A stretch of DNA of 64,000 nucleotides from Acidobacteriota bacterium (lineage in GTDB: Bacteria > Acidobacteriota > UBA6911): NCBI GenBank assembly GCA_963664705.1, contig OY761556.1, positions 4,864,001 to 4,928,000 on the forward strand. Direction: 5' to 3'. Positions 31,000 to 40,709 of this stretch are shown here, piece by piece; the stretch's first letter is position 1, and each line of letters begins with the position of its first letter. Under the pieces are notes generated by a model that made no database searches, was not told the DNA's origin, and saw only the letters and a list, made by a program, of their open reading frames with translations. The position numbers and the translations under genes are program-made.

Positions 31000-33900
31000 C
31001 TAGAAAGTTAACCGCAATTTTGCGGAGAAGACTCGGTGTCCGCCTTTATACCCGATAAAGCCGAATGGATCGGTACTATTCAGGTTGAAATTTGGATTCG
31101 AGAGTTCATAGTCACGCGCATTGTAGGTAGCAGGAACTCCACCTGATGGCGTGGGGTGGTTGAATATGTTGGTAACATCGACACGGAAATTGAGGCTCTT
31201 GCCTTCCATGAATTCGATGTTTTTGCTCATTGCCATATCCAGGCTCCAGCGCCCGGGACCGGTAAGCTGATTCGGCAGGTAATTGCCTCTCACACCCGGC
31301 TTGGGATGCTGGAAGATAATCGCGCTTGTGTCGCTGGCGAGAGCGAGCGCCCTGAGACCAGCCGCGCAGGTAGCCTGAAGGCTCGTGGCAACTCTGGCAC
31401 ACTGCGGATCATCAACGGACGTGTACTTGCTGCCATAAAAACGGCCGCGATTGTTTGGATCCCACGTGAATTCCCCAGCTTTTGGATCCCACAGATCTGC
31501 TCTGACGAGATCCGGCATGGTGCGAGCATACATCGATTCCACGGTGGTGACTGAAGAAGGCAATCCACTGGTAATGCTGTTCACCCAGCTGAGTTGCCAT
31601 CCTTCGGCAATCTTCTTGGCTATACCGGAACTGTTGCGGAACAGGTATCCGGCTTTCCCCAAAGGCAGATTGTAAGTGCCGTAGGTCTGGAGCATGTGCG
31701 AACGGTGATTGGAAAGGATTCCATAATCCGCCGCCCGGTCCAGAGGATCAGTGGCAGCGCCGCTAACCCCAAGGTTTCTGCTCCAGGTGTATGTCGCCTG
31801 GAAGTTCAATCCATGCTTCGGCCGCATCATGACCTGCGCCTGCAGGGAGTGGTAGTTGGAATAGTTGATATTTCCCCACACATTCGCCGCGGCAAACTGC
31901 GGGTTCGTGTAGATGAAATTCTCGGCGAAGCCACTGCTGCGGAGAAGTTGTCCATATACTCCCCGTCCAGCGGCAACAGTCCCATTGGTGGTAGCCAGGA
32001 AAGAAGCGATCGGGTTGTAGTTCCCGATCGCAAGGTTCCTTGAAGTGGAGCCGGAACGACGCACCTGATCGGCACCGGAGGTCACGCCTTTGACAAGCGT
32101 GCCGGACGGGATCATCTGGTTCAACAAAGTAGATTCCCCGCCTGCTCGCGCAAGATCCAGAGCATCCCTCAGGCCATTGTTGATCCAGTTGGGTGTGTTG
32201 ATGTTTACCGTCGCTGCCTGTTTCCGGCTGAGTGTTCCGATATAGCGGACATCGACCGTCAGGCTGGATCCGACCTGGCGTGTTACGGCCATCGTCAAGC
32301 TCTGAACATACGGAGTTCTTATGTTCGGATCAAATACCGCCACGCTCTGCTGGCGGTCTGTGACGGGCCTAACTTGCAGAGGTTGAACCGCGGGATCGAA
32401 GAATCTGGAAGTCGGGACGAGATCTTTCAGCATGCTGATATCCAGATACTTCAAGCTGCCGGTGTCGCCGCTGAAGGTGTGGGTATACAAGAGCCCGGGC
32501 TGGCTGCCCGCAACGTTCATAAATCCTGCGTTGGGGTCCATTCTCGAGATCGTGGTGTAGCTTAACTGATATCCGCCACGCAGCGTGGTCTTGCCCTTCC
32601 CAAACCAGGGAAGCTGCCAGGAGAAGCCGACCGCGGGACCAAAATTGTTCAGATCTTTGTTGAACAGGCTCTGGTCGGGATGCGACGAATCGGGTCCAAT
32701 AAAGATCTGCTTGGTGAGGTTGCTGGCATTGAAGGCGGGGACTCCGCGGAGCCAACTGTCAAAGCCTCCGGCAGATCCTCCAAAAATGCTATTGGCGCCT
32801 CCCTCAAGCCCTACCGTCATGCCGCCCAGCATAAAAGGCACGCCATAGTACTCATAGCGAACGCCAAGGTTGAGTGTCAGGTTGGAGTTCACCTTCCAGT
32901 CATCTTTGAAGAAGGCGCTGACCTCGCGCTGGTTCATCCTGAGGTAACGCACTTGCCCTTCCGGTTTCGATGGATCGCTCCAGGTACCGGAGGTAGCGCT
33001 ATTGACGAAGTAGAACTGCCGGATCGCTGCAAGCGAACCCGTCATATAGTTCATCAGATCGTAGATCTGCGAGTAGTTGCCGGTGGCTCCGTTGCCGAGA
33101 TCCTGCCCTACGAGTCCAGGGAAAAAGGCACTGCCGGCAGTCAGACCTTGGGGCTGAGAATACTCGGTGTTTCCCCCAAAGACCGTTGGATGCCAGTTCA
33201 TGGAAATATCACCGAATTGCGCCCATCCATTCATGTCGGAATTCGCCTTCGTCAAGCGCAGGTCGCCTCCGACTTTGAAGGAATGAGAGCCTTTCGTCCA
33301 GGTCAGCGTATCCGAGAAGGTCCAGCGATAATCCTGGCTTCCCCATGTGGCTTCAACCGGATTTCGGCCGCCAATCGGATGGCTTCCATTGTTGGCGGAT
33401 TCGGGCTGGAATCTGAAGAGCGAGGTACCTCCAGCGGGTGGGTAGCCGCCACCGGGTGCTATAAACAAAGGTAGTCCCGACCAGGTAGGGAAATCTTTTG
33501 TGGGCAGGAGCTTCTGGAGAACGTCTGAGAGTTGCTTACCCGTCGCCGGATTGTCGAGAGGAGATCCGTTGTGGCTGGTATTATACGCCAACCCGAAACG
33601 AACCTCGTTCAGGAGCGTCGGTCGCAAAGAGGACGTGAGCGAGCTCGTGAAGGTCTGCGGCTTTCTTGAAATGAAGCCACCGTAGCTGTTCTGAGGCCAC
33701 AAAGCCTCTCCGGCATCGTTAAAGGCGCTCTCATAGGAATACGTTCCGCTGAGCCTGTGCGTCTGGCTGAAGTTGTGATCGATTCTGACCGTAATCGACT
33801 TTCTGTGGCTATCCTGGCCCGATCCGTAAACCGTGTCCGCGCCTTTTGTCGTTCGCGTCCATCGCAGCGCCGCAACATTCAAGCCATCGCCGACGAAGTA

Positions 33901-35241
33901 ATAGTTGGGCAACGGCATGAGGGCTGAGAACCGGTCCACATACCCGGATGTATCGTATGCTTTCCGATTGGGATCCCAGTTTGTGCCGGCAGTGATTCCG
34001 GTACTGGTCGGACTGAACTGATACTCCGAACAGTTGACCGGGTCCCTGGCAATCTGGGCTTGGGCCGCGGGCGTAAGCTGACCAAGCACGCTCGCCCACT
34101 GAAGCGTTCCCGTGTACGCGGATCCATCCCGATTGTCAGTCGGGATGAGCGGAGTACCATCCGCATTGACGACGGACCGCGTCTGCGCCCCGGCATTGCG
34201 GCTTATGGTTGCATTGGCATTGCCGTTAATCCATCCGGGGAACCAGCGGTAAATGCCCTTCCTCGCGCAAGGCGTTAGGGCTTTCGGCATTACCACTTTT
34301 CTTTCTCTGACGATGTTGTGGTCCCATGACCCGAAAAAGAACGTCTTGTTCTTGATGATCGGGCCGCCACCACTGATCGTGTAGTTGTTTACATTCTTCC
34401 AGTCCTGATTCACGCCGGTGCGGTTATTATTCCACTCGTTCGCATCCAGAGCCGTATTCAAGATGCTCCAGACACCGGAACCGTGGTATTCGTTCCCACC
34501 CGACCGTGTCAACACTTGAACCTGTCCCGCACCGCGCCCCATTTCGGCATCGACCGGGGTCAGTACCATTTTAAATTCAGCAACCATTTCCGGATTGAGG
34601 CGGCCCGGGGAAACAATCCCGGAACCGAAACGCGCATCATTCACGGAAATGCCATCACGCGTGATGTTGATGTCGTTCCCCAGAACTCCAGCAAAAGTCT
34701 GGTTGGAATTGCCGAATATTGTATTCTCCGGCTTTACGACGCCGCCCATGACGTTAACAAGCTGCATCATGTCGTTGCCCAGAAGCGGCAGCTCTTTGGC
34801 GACTTTTTCGCTCATTACCGTGCCGGTACTGGAGCTCGATTCGAGCAACAGATCCTGGGCACTGGTGGAAATCTCAATCTGTGTGGATGTCCCTGCTATA
34901 GCCAGCTCGAAGTTCAATCGAACCTGAGCCCGCGTTGCCATCTGGACGTCCGTCTTGGTATTGGTTTGAAACCCGCGCATTTCCACGCTGACCGTGTAAG
35001 TGCCGGGAGGTAAAGAGGCAAAATTGTAGACGCCTGCGCTATTTGACAGTACCGTTACTTTAACGCCAGTTTCCTTATTTGTCGCAATAACGTTAGCACC
35101 CGGCAATACCGCCTGGGATGCATCCGTTACCGTTCCGCTCAAGCTAGCCGATTGGCCGAAGACCTGGGCAGAGAGCATAAGAAGCGGTACCATCGCGACT
35201 GCGAAAACGAGTACTTTTCGGATAAGATCCATTCTGGTCAT
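31000..35241 (-). CDS. TonB-dependent receptor, Oar/carboxypeptidase-regulatory-domain type
   Basis: Signal peptide; GTVTDASQAVLPGA..G.Y.F..LPPGTY; TRSGGNEYHG; DDWKVNSNLTLNLGVRYE; NNFGPAVGFSW; C-terminal LRLTF. Confidence 0.9.
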   Translation of the reverse strand: MTRMDLIRKVLVFAVAMVPLLMLSAQVFGQSASLSGTVTDASQAVLPGANVIATNKETGVKVTVLSNSAGVYNFASLPPGTYTVSVEMRGFQTNTKTDVQMATRAQVRLNFELAIAGTSTQIEISTSAQDLLLESSSSTGTVMSEKVAKELPLLGNDMMQLVNVMGGVVKPENTIFGNSNQTFAGVLGNDINITRDGISVNDARFGSGIVSPGRLNPEMVAEFKMVLTPVDAEMGRGAGQVQVLTRSGGNEYHGSGVWSILNTALDANEWNNNRTGVNQDWKNVNNYTISGGGPIIKNKTFFFGSWDHNIVRERKVVMPKALTPCARKGIYRWFPGWINGNANATISRNAGAQTRSVVNADGTPLIPTDNRDGSAYTGTLQWASVLGQLTPAAQAQIARDPVNCSEYQFSPTSTGITAGTNWDPNRKAYDTSGYVDRFSALMPLPNYYFVGDGLNVAALRWTRTTKGADTVYGSGQDSHRKSITVRIDHNFSQTHRLSGTYSYESAFNDAGEALWPQNSYGGFISRKPQTFTSSLTSSLRPTLLNEVRFGLAYNTSHNGSPLDNPATGKQLSDVLQKLLPTKDFPTWSGLPLFIAPGGGYPPAGGTSLFRFQPESANNGSHPIGGRNPVEATWGSQDYRWTFSDTLTWTKGSHSFKVGGDLRLTKANSDMNGWAQFGDISMNWHPTVFGGNTEYSQPQGLTAGSAFFPGLVGQDLGNGATGNYSQIYDLMNYMTGSLAAIRQFYFVNSATSGTWSDPSKPEGQVRYLRMNQREVSAFFKDDWKVNSNLTLNLGVRYEYYGVPFMLGGMTVGLEGGANSIFGGSAGGFDSWLRGVPAFNASNLTKQIFIGPDSSHPDQSLFNKDLNNFGPAVGFSWQLPWFGKGKTTLRGGYQLSYTTISRMDPNAGFMNVAGSQPGLLYTHTFSGDTGSLKYLDISMLKDLVPTSRFFDPAVQPLQVRPVTDRQQSVAVFDPNIRTPYVQSLTMAVTRQVGSSLTVDVRYIGTLSRKQAATVNINTPNWINNGLRDALDLARAGGESTLLNQMIPSGTLVKGVTSGADQVRRSGSTSRNLAIGNYNPIASFLATTNGTVAAGRGVYGQLLRSSGFAENFIYTNPQFAAANVWGNINYSNYHSLQAQVMMRPKHGLNFQATYTWSRNLGVSGAATDPLDRAADYGILSNHRSHMLQTYGTYNLPLGKAGYLFRNSSGIAKKIAEGWQLSWVNSITSGLPSSVTTVESMYARTMPDLVRADLWDPKAGEFTWDPNNRGRFYGSKYTSVDDPQCARVATSLQATCAAGLRALALASDTSAIIFQHPKPGVRGNYLPNQLTGPGRWSLDMAMSKNIEFMEGKSLNFRVDVTNIFNHPTPSGGVPATYNARDYELSNPNFNLNSTDPFGFIGYKGGHRVFSAKLRLTF

Positions 35242-35405
35242 AGAGTCGTTTTCCTCGATGTGTAGTTCTGGACAAACTCCACCCCAGGGAAGGTGAAGCT
35301 TGTTCTACATCCATTCCTGTGGCGGCCTTTCGACCACCCAAAAAAACGCCTTCTCGGTAGTTCTCTGTAAAGCTGATTCTTAAGACAATCTTAGATGTTG
35401 GTCCT

Positions 35406-35445
35406 ATCCTAATCGGAGTGTGCAAATTGTCAATAACAATTATCA
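35406..35445 (-). promoter_or_regulatory. Sigma70-like promoter of the TonB receptor with overlapping Fur-box-like site
   Basis: Minus strand: TGATAAT-T-GTTATTG overlapping TTGACA(35428-33)-16nt-TAGGAT(35406-11). Confidence 0.5.
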
Positions 35446-35552
35446 TAATGGCGAAAAATGTATCTTCTTAATGCCATTTGTTTTTCAGGTTACCAGTGCT
35501 ATAAGAGGGGCAAGCATTTCGAAAATCAGCCAAAGAGCCGGTGGAGAAACCT

Positions 35553-36428
35553 ATGTCCAAGATGCACTATGTTGTCTCGTCAGGAATTCTCGTTCTATGC
35601 CTGAGCATTTTCCGGGTCGGTGATGGATGGCCCAAAGATCAGGTCACGGCGGAACAGGTCATAAGCGCCCACTTAAGGTCTCTGGGCAGTCCGGAAGCAC
35701 TGGCTGCTTCGAAAGCGCTGGCCTTTGTCGGGACAACGTCCGTGGAGTTTATCCAGGGGATGCATGGAAACATGAGCGGCAAGTCCATGTGCGTGGCGGA
35801 CGGGAAAAAAATGGCAATCGTTATGAAATATGGCGATCTGACCTATCCGGGAGAGTACTTTGCTTACGATGAAAAAGAGGTTTCGGTGGGGCACATCAGT
35901 CCCGGGCAGAGGTCGCCATTAGCCGATTTCCTCTTTCGCTATAAAGACATTATGAAAGAGGGGCTCCTGGGTGGCGTTTTTTCCGGAGGTTGGCCGCTCC
36001 GGAACCTGAAGGAAAGGAATGCGGATCTGGCATCCCGCGAATCCACCATTGACGGTCGCCAGCTGTACGAAATTGAATACCGCCCGAAGAAAACTCTGCG
36101 GGAAATGAAAATCAAACTGTATTTCGATGCGGAAAGCAACCGTCACATCCGGACGGAATATCGGGTTCGAGTGCGCGATGATATGTCCGTGGTACAGGGA
36201 GCAACCTTCAACACACTCAAGGATGGTCTGCCGGATTCGATTTACGTATTGACCGAGAGATTCGACGACTTCAGAGTAGAGGGCGCCCTGACACTTCCGC
36301 ACAAATACACCATCGACTATTCGGTAGAGGGGCAAGGCCGCACGTTCATCGCAAAATGGACCCTGGATGCGGTTCAATGGGCCTTCAACCAGGCCTATGA
36401 CGAACGGATTTTCGTCGCACAGAAATAG
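35553..36428 (+). CDS. Secreted hypothetical protein (possible LolA-like fold)
   Basis: Signal peptide; TAEQVISAHLRSLG start; LYFDAE, ERFDDFRVEGALTLPH; GGAG RBS. Confidence 0.7.
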   Translation: MSKMHYVVSSGILVLCLSIFRVGDGWPKDQVTAEQVISAHLRSLGSPEALAASKALAFVGTTSVEFIQGMHGNMSGKSMCVADGKKMAIVMKYGDLTYPGEYFAYDEKEVSVGHISPGQRSPLADFLFRYKDIMKEGLLGGVFSGGWPLRNLKERNADLASRESTIDGRQLYEIEYRPKKTLREMKIKLYFDAESNRHIRTEYRVRVRDDMSVVQGATFNTLKDGLPDSIYVLTERFDDFRVEGALTLPHKYTIDYSVEGQGRTFIAKWTLDAVQWAFNQAYDERIFVAQK

Positions 36429-36600
36429 GTTTGCTCCCGGCAAAATGGACCCGCTGGCAGCGCCGTCGTTCCGCCTAATGCGTCATACTTCTTTGCAAAG
36501 AGGCGCGCTCGAATGGGAACGGTGAAGTGCTGCATCAAGCTGCAGCCTTTGCAAACCATAAAAGCCGAAGGCGGTGGCAAGCCATCTCCGAAGAGCACGG

Positions 36601-38646
36601 CTACTTTTTGGTCGAGCGGCGTAGAACTGCAAGCCTCTGCTTCACTTCTTCAAGATCGGGCCGGAGCAGCAAGGCCTGCTCATAATGCTCGATGGCATCT
36701 TGGAGCCGGCCCACACGCTCCAACGCAATGGCGACATTGCAATGAGCTTCCGCATACTCAGGCTTGATCCGGAGCGCTTCATCATAGTGCGTGATCGCCT
36801 CGTTGAACCGGCCTTCCCGCAGAAAGGCATTGGCCATATTGTAGTGCGCCTCGGCAAAAGCGGGCTTAACCTGAAGCGCCTGCTCCCACTGCCGCATTGC
36901 TTCCTGCCCTTTGCCCTGGTCGTACAGCACGCTTCCAAGTAGAACGCGCGCATCCGCATCAGTGGGATCGATCTGAACTACCTGCTCAAAATGCTCAATA
37001 GCATTGCCTGGCTGCCCGGTTTTAAGAAGAGCGATCCCCAACTTGTAATGCGCACGCGTATCCTTCGGATCGATGCGAAGGGCCTGGTTGAAATATCCGA
37101 TGGACTCCTCCGGCCGATCGGCTTCCAGCAAAGCGGCCGCAAGATTGAAAGGCACATAGGGATCTCCGGGATTAAGAGCCAGGGCCTGTTCATACTGATC
37201 GATTGCATCCCGAATCTGCCCTTTCAGGACAAATGCATTCCCGAAATTATTATGCGAATCCGCTCGAACAAGAGCTTCGGATATCATGGCATGATTACAA
37301 ATGGCCGCGACCACCACCGCGCCTGCCGCGCCGGACCATAGCGGCCGCCAGCGTGCCTCGCGAAACGCACCGCGAAGGGATGTCAATCCCGCGGCTGCAA
37401 ACAGGATCAGCATCGGTACAAGCGGAAACCTGTATCGCGCGAACACATAAAACAACACCACGCTTCCTGCGTAGACAAGGATCATGGCATAGAGGATCCA
37501 TAATTGTCGGCGGCGGTTCCAGGTCAGACAAATCCCCAGCGCCGCCAGCGGACAGAGCGTTCCAAAATGAAGCAAAGAGTTCAGCGCTTGCAGCAACGGC
37601 GACCAGTCCCCATAGGTGTATTGATCGTCGCTGTCACCCATTTCGGTGGCATTCCAGACAAGCAGCCATTTTCTGAACAACAGGCGCGCCCAGCGAAAAA
37701 TGTCCGCGCGAATGTCGTCGAACGCCCTGGCTGTCCAATAATTCGATACTTCCGATGGCGTAAGAGTTCGGCCTCTCGCCGCTTCCGCCAGTTTGGTAGC
37801 ATCCTCTCGTTCGAACAAGGCGCTGCCGCGCCCCTCCTGGAGAGGCTCATAAGTCCCGGTCGCACCGCTTCTGTTTCCGATATAAAAGTTCGGACCCAGC
37901 TGTGAAGTCGTTAAGTGAAATTCCCCACCGGCCAGCAGATTTCGAAACCCTATGGGCAACAATACCGCCGCCAGTCCCACCAGAACCAATCCGGCCCAGT
38001 ACAGACGGGTTTGCCACAGCTCGTCGCGCCAGGAGATGAAGAGCCAGGCCAGAAGAATCGGCAGGAAAATGAGCGCGTTTTCGCGGGTCAGCGCCAGCAA
38101 TCCCAAAACAAGCCCGGTCGCCACCCACCATCGACGCTGGGAGCGCTCCGCCAGTCTCCCCAGCACCGCCAGCAGTGCGCAGATAAAGAATAAATCCAGG
38201 ACCGATTTCTGAATGGAACAGTCAAAGGAAATCGCGGTCGGATGCAGTGCAAGAAGAACGCCCGATAGGATCCCCGCGCCGGATTTGAAAAAGCTGCGGC
38301 CGGCACGCGACAAAAGCACGCACGAACCGGATCCAAGGACAATTTGAACCAAGCGAACGGCAAAGAGGGCCTTGCCTCCAAGCAGGAAATAGAGCACGCC
38401 AAGGAAATACGGATATAGCGGCGCTTGGTAAAACACGCCCTTGCCAATCCATTCGCCGCCCGCAATGCGGCCGGCCCAGGCGTCGTAGGTTACCGCATCC
38501 CCAACGAGGAGTTGAGCTGCCGGCACATTGTTGATCTGCAGCAGGTAAATCAACCGCAGGATAAACGCAAACACAAAGACTAAAATGTAGGCGTAAGTCT
38601 CCCACTTAAACCCTGTAGACTTCTGCGGACTTAACTTTTTGACCAT
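36601..38646 (-). CDS. GT-C (PMT/GT39-like) glycosyltransferase with C-terminal TPRs
   Basis: GDAVTYD..YQAPLYPYFL, LTREN, NFYIGN, RYRFP, then about 6 TPRs. Confidence 0.85.
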   Translation of the reverse strand: MVKKLSPQKSTGFKWETYAYILVFVFAFILRLIYLLQINNVPAAQLLVGDAVTYDAWAGRIAGGEWIGKGVFYQAPLYPYFLGVLYFLLGGKALFAVRLVQIVLGSGSCVLLSRAGRSFFKSGAGILSGVLLALHPTAISFDCSIQKSVLDLFFICALLAVLGRLAERSQRRWWVATGLVLGLLALTRENALIFLPILLAWLFISWRDELWQTRLYWAGLVLVGLAAVLLPIGFRNLLAGGEFHLTTSQLGPNFYIGNRSGATGTYEPLQEGRGSALFEREDATKLAEAARGRTLTPSEVSNYWTARAFDDIRADIFRWARLLFRKWLLVWNATEMGDSDDQYTYGDWSPLLQALNSLLHFGTLCPLAALGICLTWNRRRQLWILYAMILVYAGSVVLFYVFARYRFPLVPMLILFAAAGLTSLRGAFREARWRPLWSGAAGAVVVAAICNHAMISEALVRADSHNNFGNAFVLKGQIRDAIDQYEQALALNPGDPYVPFNLAAALLEADRPEESIGYFNQALRIDPKDTRAHYKLGIALLKTGQPGNAIEHFEQVVQIDPTDADARVLLGSVLYDQGKGQEAMRQWEQALQVKPAFAEAHYNMANAFLREGRFNEAITHYDEALRIKPEYAEAHCNVAIALERVGRLQDAIEHYEQALLLRPDLEEVKQRLAVLRRSTKK

Positions 38647-38745
38647 GTGACTGGGTGACAATCCTAATCACTCACCGAAAAACGCGCAAGTGATTTGATG
38701 GAGCACTCAGGCGAAACCGAGTTCTTGCGAGTTTGGCAACGAAGC

Positions 38746-38772
38746 CCTTTGCCGGCGAGACGCCGGCAAAGG
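38746..38772. terminator. GC-rich 12-bp hairpin, intercistronic
   Basis: cctttgccggcg-aga-cgccggcaaagg; no clear U-tract. Confidence 0.45.
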
Positions 38773-38850
38773 ACGTAGCTGCTTGCATGTCGCTGATGTC
38801 GCCCGGACGGCGGCGCTCCCAGTCAGCGGAATTAGCACCCTGGTATCTTG

Positions 38851-39996
38851 CTATCGCGAATGCTCGCGTATGTGCTGAAGCACAGCGTCCGCAACCAGGC
38901 GGTTTCCGGCCTCATTCCAATGAATGTCTCCTGGAATGAAGTACTTTCCGTACACTGCTTCCGGTGGTTCGTCTGCAATGAACGCGGGAAAGAGGTTCAA
39001 AAAACGGATCCCGCGCATCTCCGCAAATTTGCTCCAGTAGGTAACCGGAATGCCGGACAAATTGCTGCGGGTAAGCTGATACGGCGATGGGTAAATCACC
39101 AGGCTCAGCCGGATGCCGTGCTGATCACAGAGCTTCTGAATTTCCTGTATGTACCGGCTGCAAAGGGTCAGGCCCTCACGGCCCCACTCCTCAAAAGCCG
39201 CCGGCTTGTTGGGCCAAAGAAATCGGTCTTTTTCAGGTTCCGCACGCCGCACGTATTCCTGCAGGTCCTGTACCCAGAATTGCGCATCGGCCGACCCCTC
39301 GGCAGGAAAAGCGTTGCTGACTGCCTTCTGGCGGTTCAGGCGCCTTTTTGCTGCCACATAGCTGTAGAGGAAAAAATGCTTCTGCAGGAAATTGTCCAAG
39401 GCATTCAGTCCGGAAGCGAAGGCGCCAGAGGCCGGCGGATCCCAATACTTATAGATGATTTCATCGTGGGGATCGGAGATATCGAGAAACAGATAGAGAT
39501 CGGTAAATACGAGATGCTTCTGCTCGAGTAAATACCGGAGCTTGAGGTAGTGCAGCTTGGGGCTATAGCTAACCGCAGCGGCGTTCAGCACCTCGGCCTT
39601 TTCCGGATTCAGTGCATTGCCTAGGATGCCTGCCACACTCTGCTCAAAGGAGACGCCCATACCTTCGATGAACGAATCTCCCATAAGAAGGATTCTCTCC
39701 CGACTCGTGGCGAGCGGGACTTCCCGAACCATCCCGTCCCTGAACCCAAGGGAGTTTGTAAACATACGGTATTTCCGGTTTCCCCAGGCTGTCACAGTGT
39801 CCTGGTTGGGCAGGAAATCGTGATGATAGTAGGGACTGGAGCAGCGGAAAGAATTGCCCGTCGGATTAAAAACAACACGGGCCAGTACATCTGCGACAAG
39901 GATGAAGAACACAGCGGTAATGATCAGCGTCTTCCGCGGGTTTCGTTCAAACAGGTTTTGTCTCTGCCCAGCCGTCCCGTCGCTATCCCGGTTCAT
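38851..39996 (-). CDS. Membrane-anchored SGNH/GDSL hydrolase-like protein
   Basis: TNSLGFRD, GDSFIEG, LNAAAVSYSP, GDIHWNEAG. Confidence 0.85.
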   Translation of the reverse strand: MNRDSDGTAGQRQNLFERNPRKTLIITAVFFILVADVLARVVFNPTGNSFRCSSPYYHHDFLPNQDTVTAWGNRKYRMFTNSLGFRDGMVREVPLATSRERILLMGDSFIEGMGVSFEQSVAGILGNALNPEKAEVLNAAAVSYSPKLHYLKLRYLLEQKHLVFTDLYLFLDISDPHDEIIYKYWDPPASGAFASGLNALDNFLQKHFFLYSYVAAKRRLNRQKAVSNAFPAEGSADAQFWVQDLQEYVRRAEPEKDRFLWPNKPAAFEEWGREGLTLCSRYIQEIQKLCDQHGIRLSLVIYPSPYQLTRSNLSGIPVTYWSKFAEMRGIRFLNLFPAFIADEPPEAVYGKYFIPGDIHWNEAGNRLVADAVLQHIREHSR

Positions 39997-40053
39997 CGGT
40001 TCGGCCTTGATGGTTCTCCCGCGCGTGTGTCGCCCCACCGGTTTCAGTCCTGA

Positions 40054-40251
40054 TCAGAAAAGCGTGTAAATAAAAGCTCCCGCCGTGGTCCCGCCAAGCA
40101 TAACGAGCACGCCGATCAGAAGCAAGACAGCGATGATCGGAACCAGCCAGTATTTCTTGGTACGCGAGAGGAATCGCAAATATTCAACGAGGAGCCCTTC
40201 CTCTTTCTTCGTTGCCGCGCTCTCAAAGCGCATTTTCCCGTTGCCGTTCAT
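40054..40251 (-). CDS. DUF5989 family (SxtK-like) small membrane protein
   Basis: FL..KKYWLVP...AFIYTLF signature. Confidence 0.85.
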   Translation of the reverse strand: MNGNGKMRFESAATKKEEGLLVEYLRFLSRTKKYWLVPIIAVLLLIGVLVMLGGTTAGAFIYTLF

Positions 40252-40260
40252 ATCCTGATC

Positions 40261-40701
40261 TCAGAATTGCCTGTAATAATCGCGGACATCGTCGGATGTC
40301 TCAACGTCCACCCAATAGCTTTGGATTTTTTTGTTGAAGGTTTTGCACACCACCCGTCGCCCGAATGCCCGCATGGCAACTCCGACAGGGGTTATAATCA
40401 ACAGGTAGAACCCTGCCAGTAACGTGTTCCCGACAATCATGCCGATGCAGCACGCCAGGAAGTACCACACAATATAGAAGGGTTTTGCCAGGAAAGGAAT
40501 CGCAACAAACAACACACCCGCAGCCAAACCAACTCCGGCAAGCCACAGGGAGGGCTCTACGCTCCAGGTTCCACGCCAGAAACGGTTGGATACCAGAAGC
40601 ATAATTCCCAGGAATGGGAACCCGAGAATCAGGCTCCGGCCAAACGCTCGTATTTCAGTTATGCCGGGGCGCCAGTTGACTCCGCTGAAAGGGTTGAACA
40701 T
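40261..40701 (-). CDS. SxtJ-family membrane protein
   Basis: IRAFG, YLLIITPVG..MR, SYW, YYRQF. Confidence 0.8.
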   Translation of the reverse strand: MFNPFSGVNWRPGITEIRAFGRSLILGFPFLGIMLLVSNRFWRGTWSVEPSLWLAGVGLAAGVLFVAIPFLAKPFYIVWYFLACCIGMIVGNTLLAGFYLLIITPVGVAMRAFGRRVVCKTFNKKIQSYWVDVETSDDVRDYYRQF

Positions 40702-40709
40702 GAGATCCG

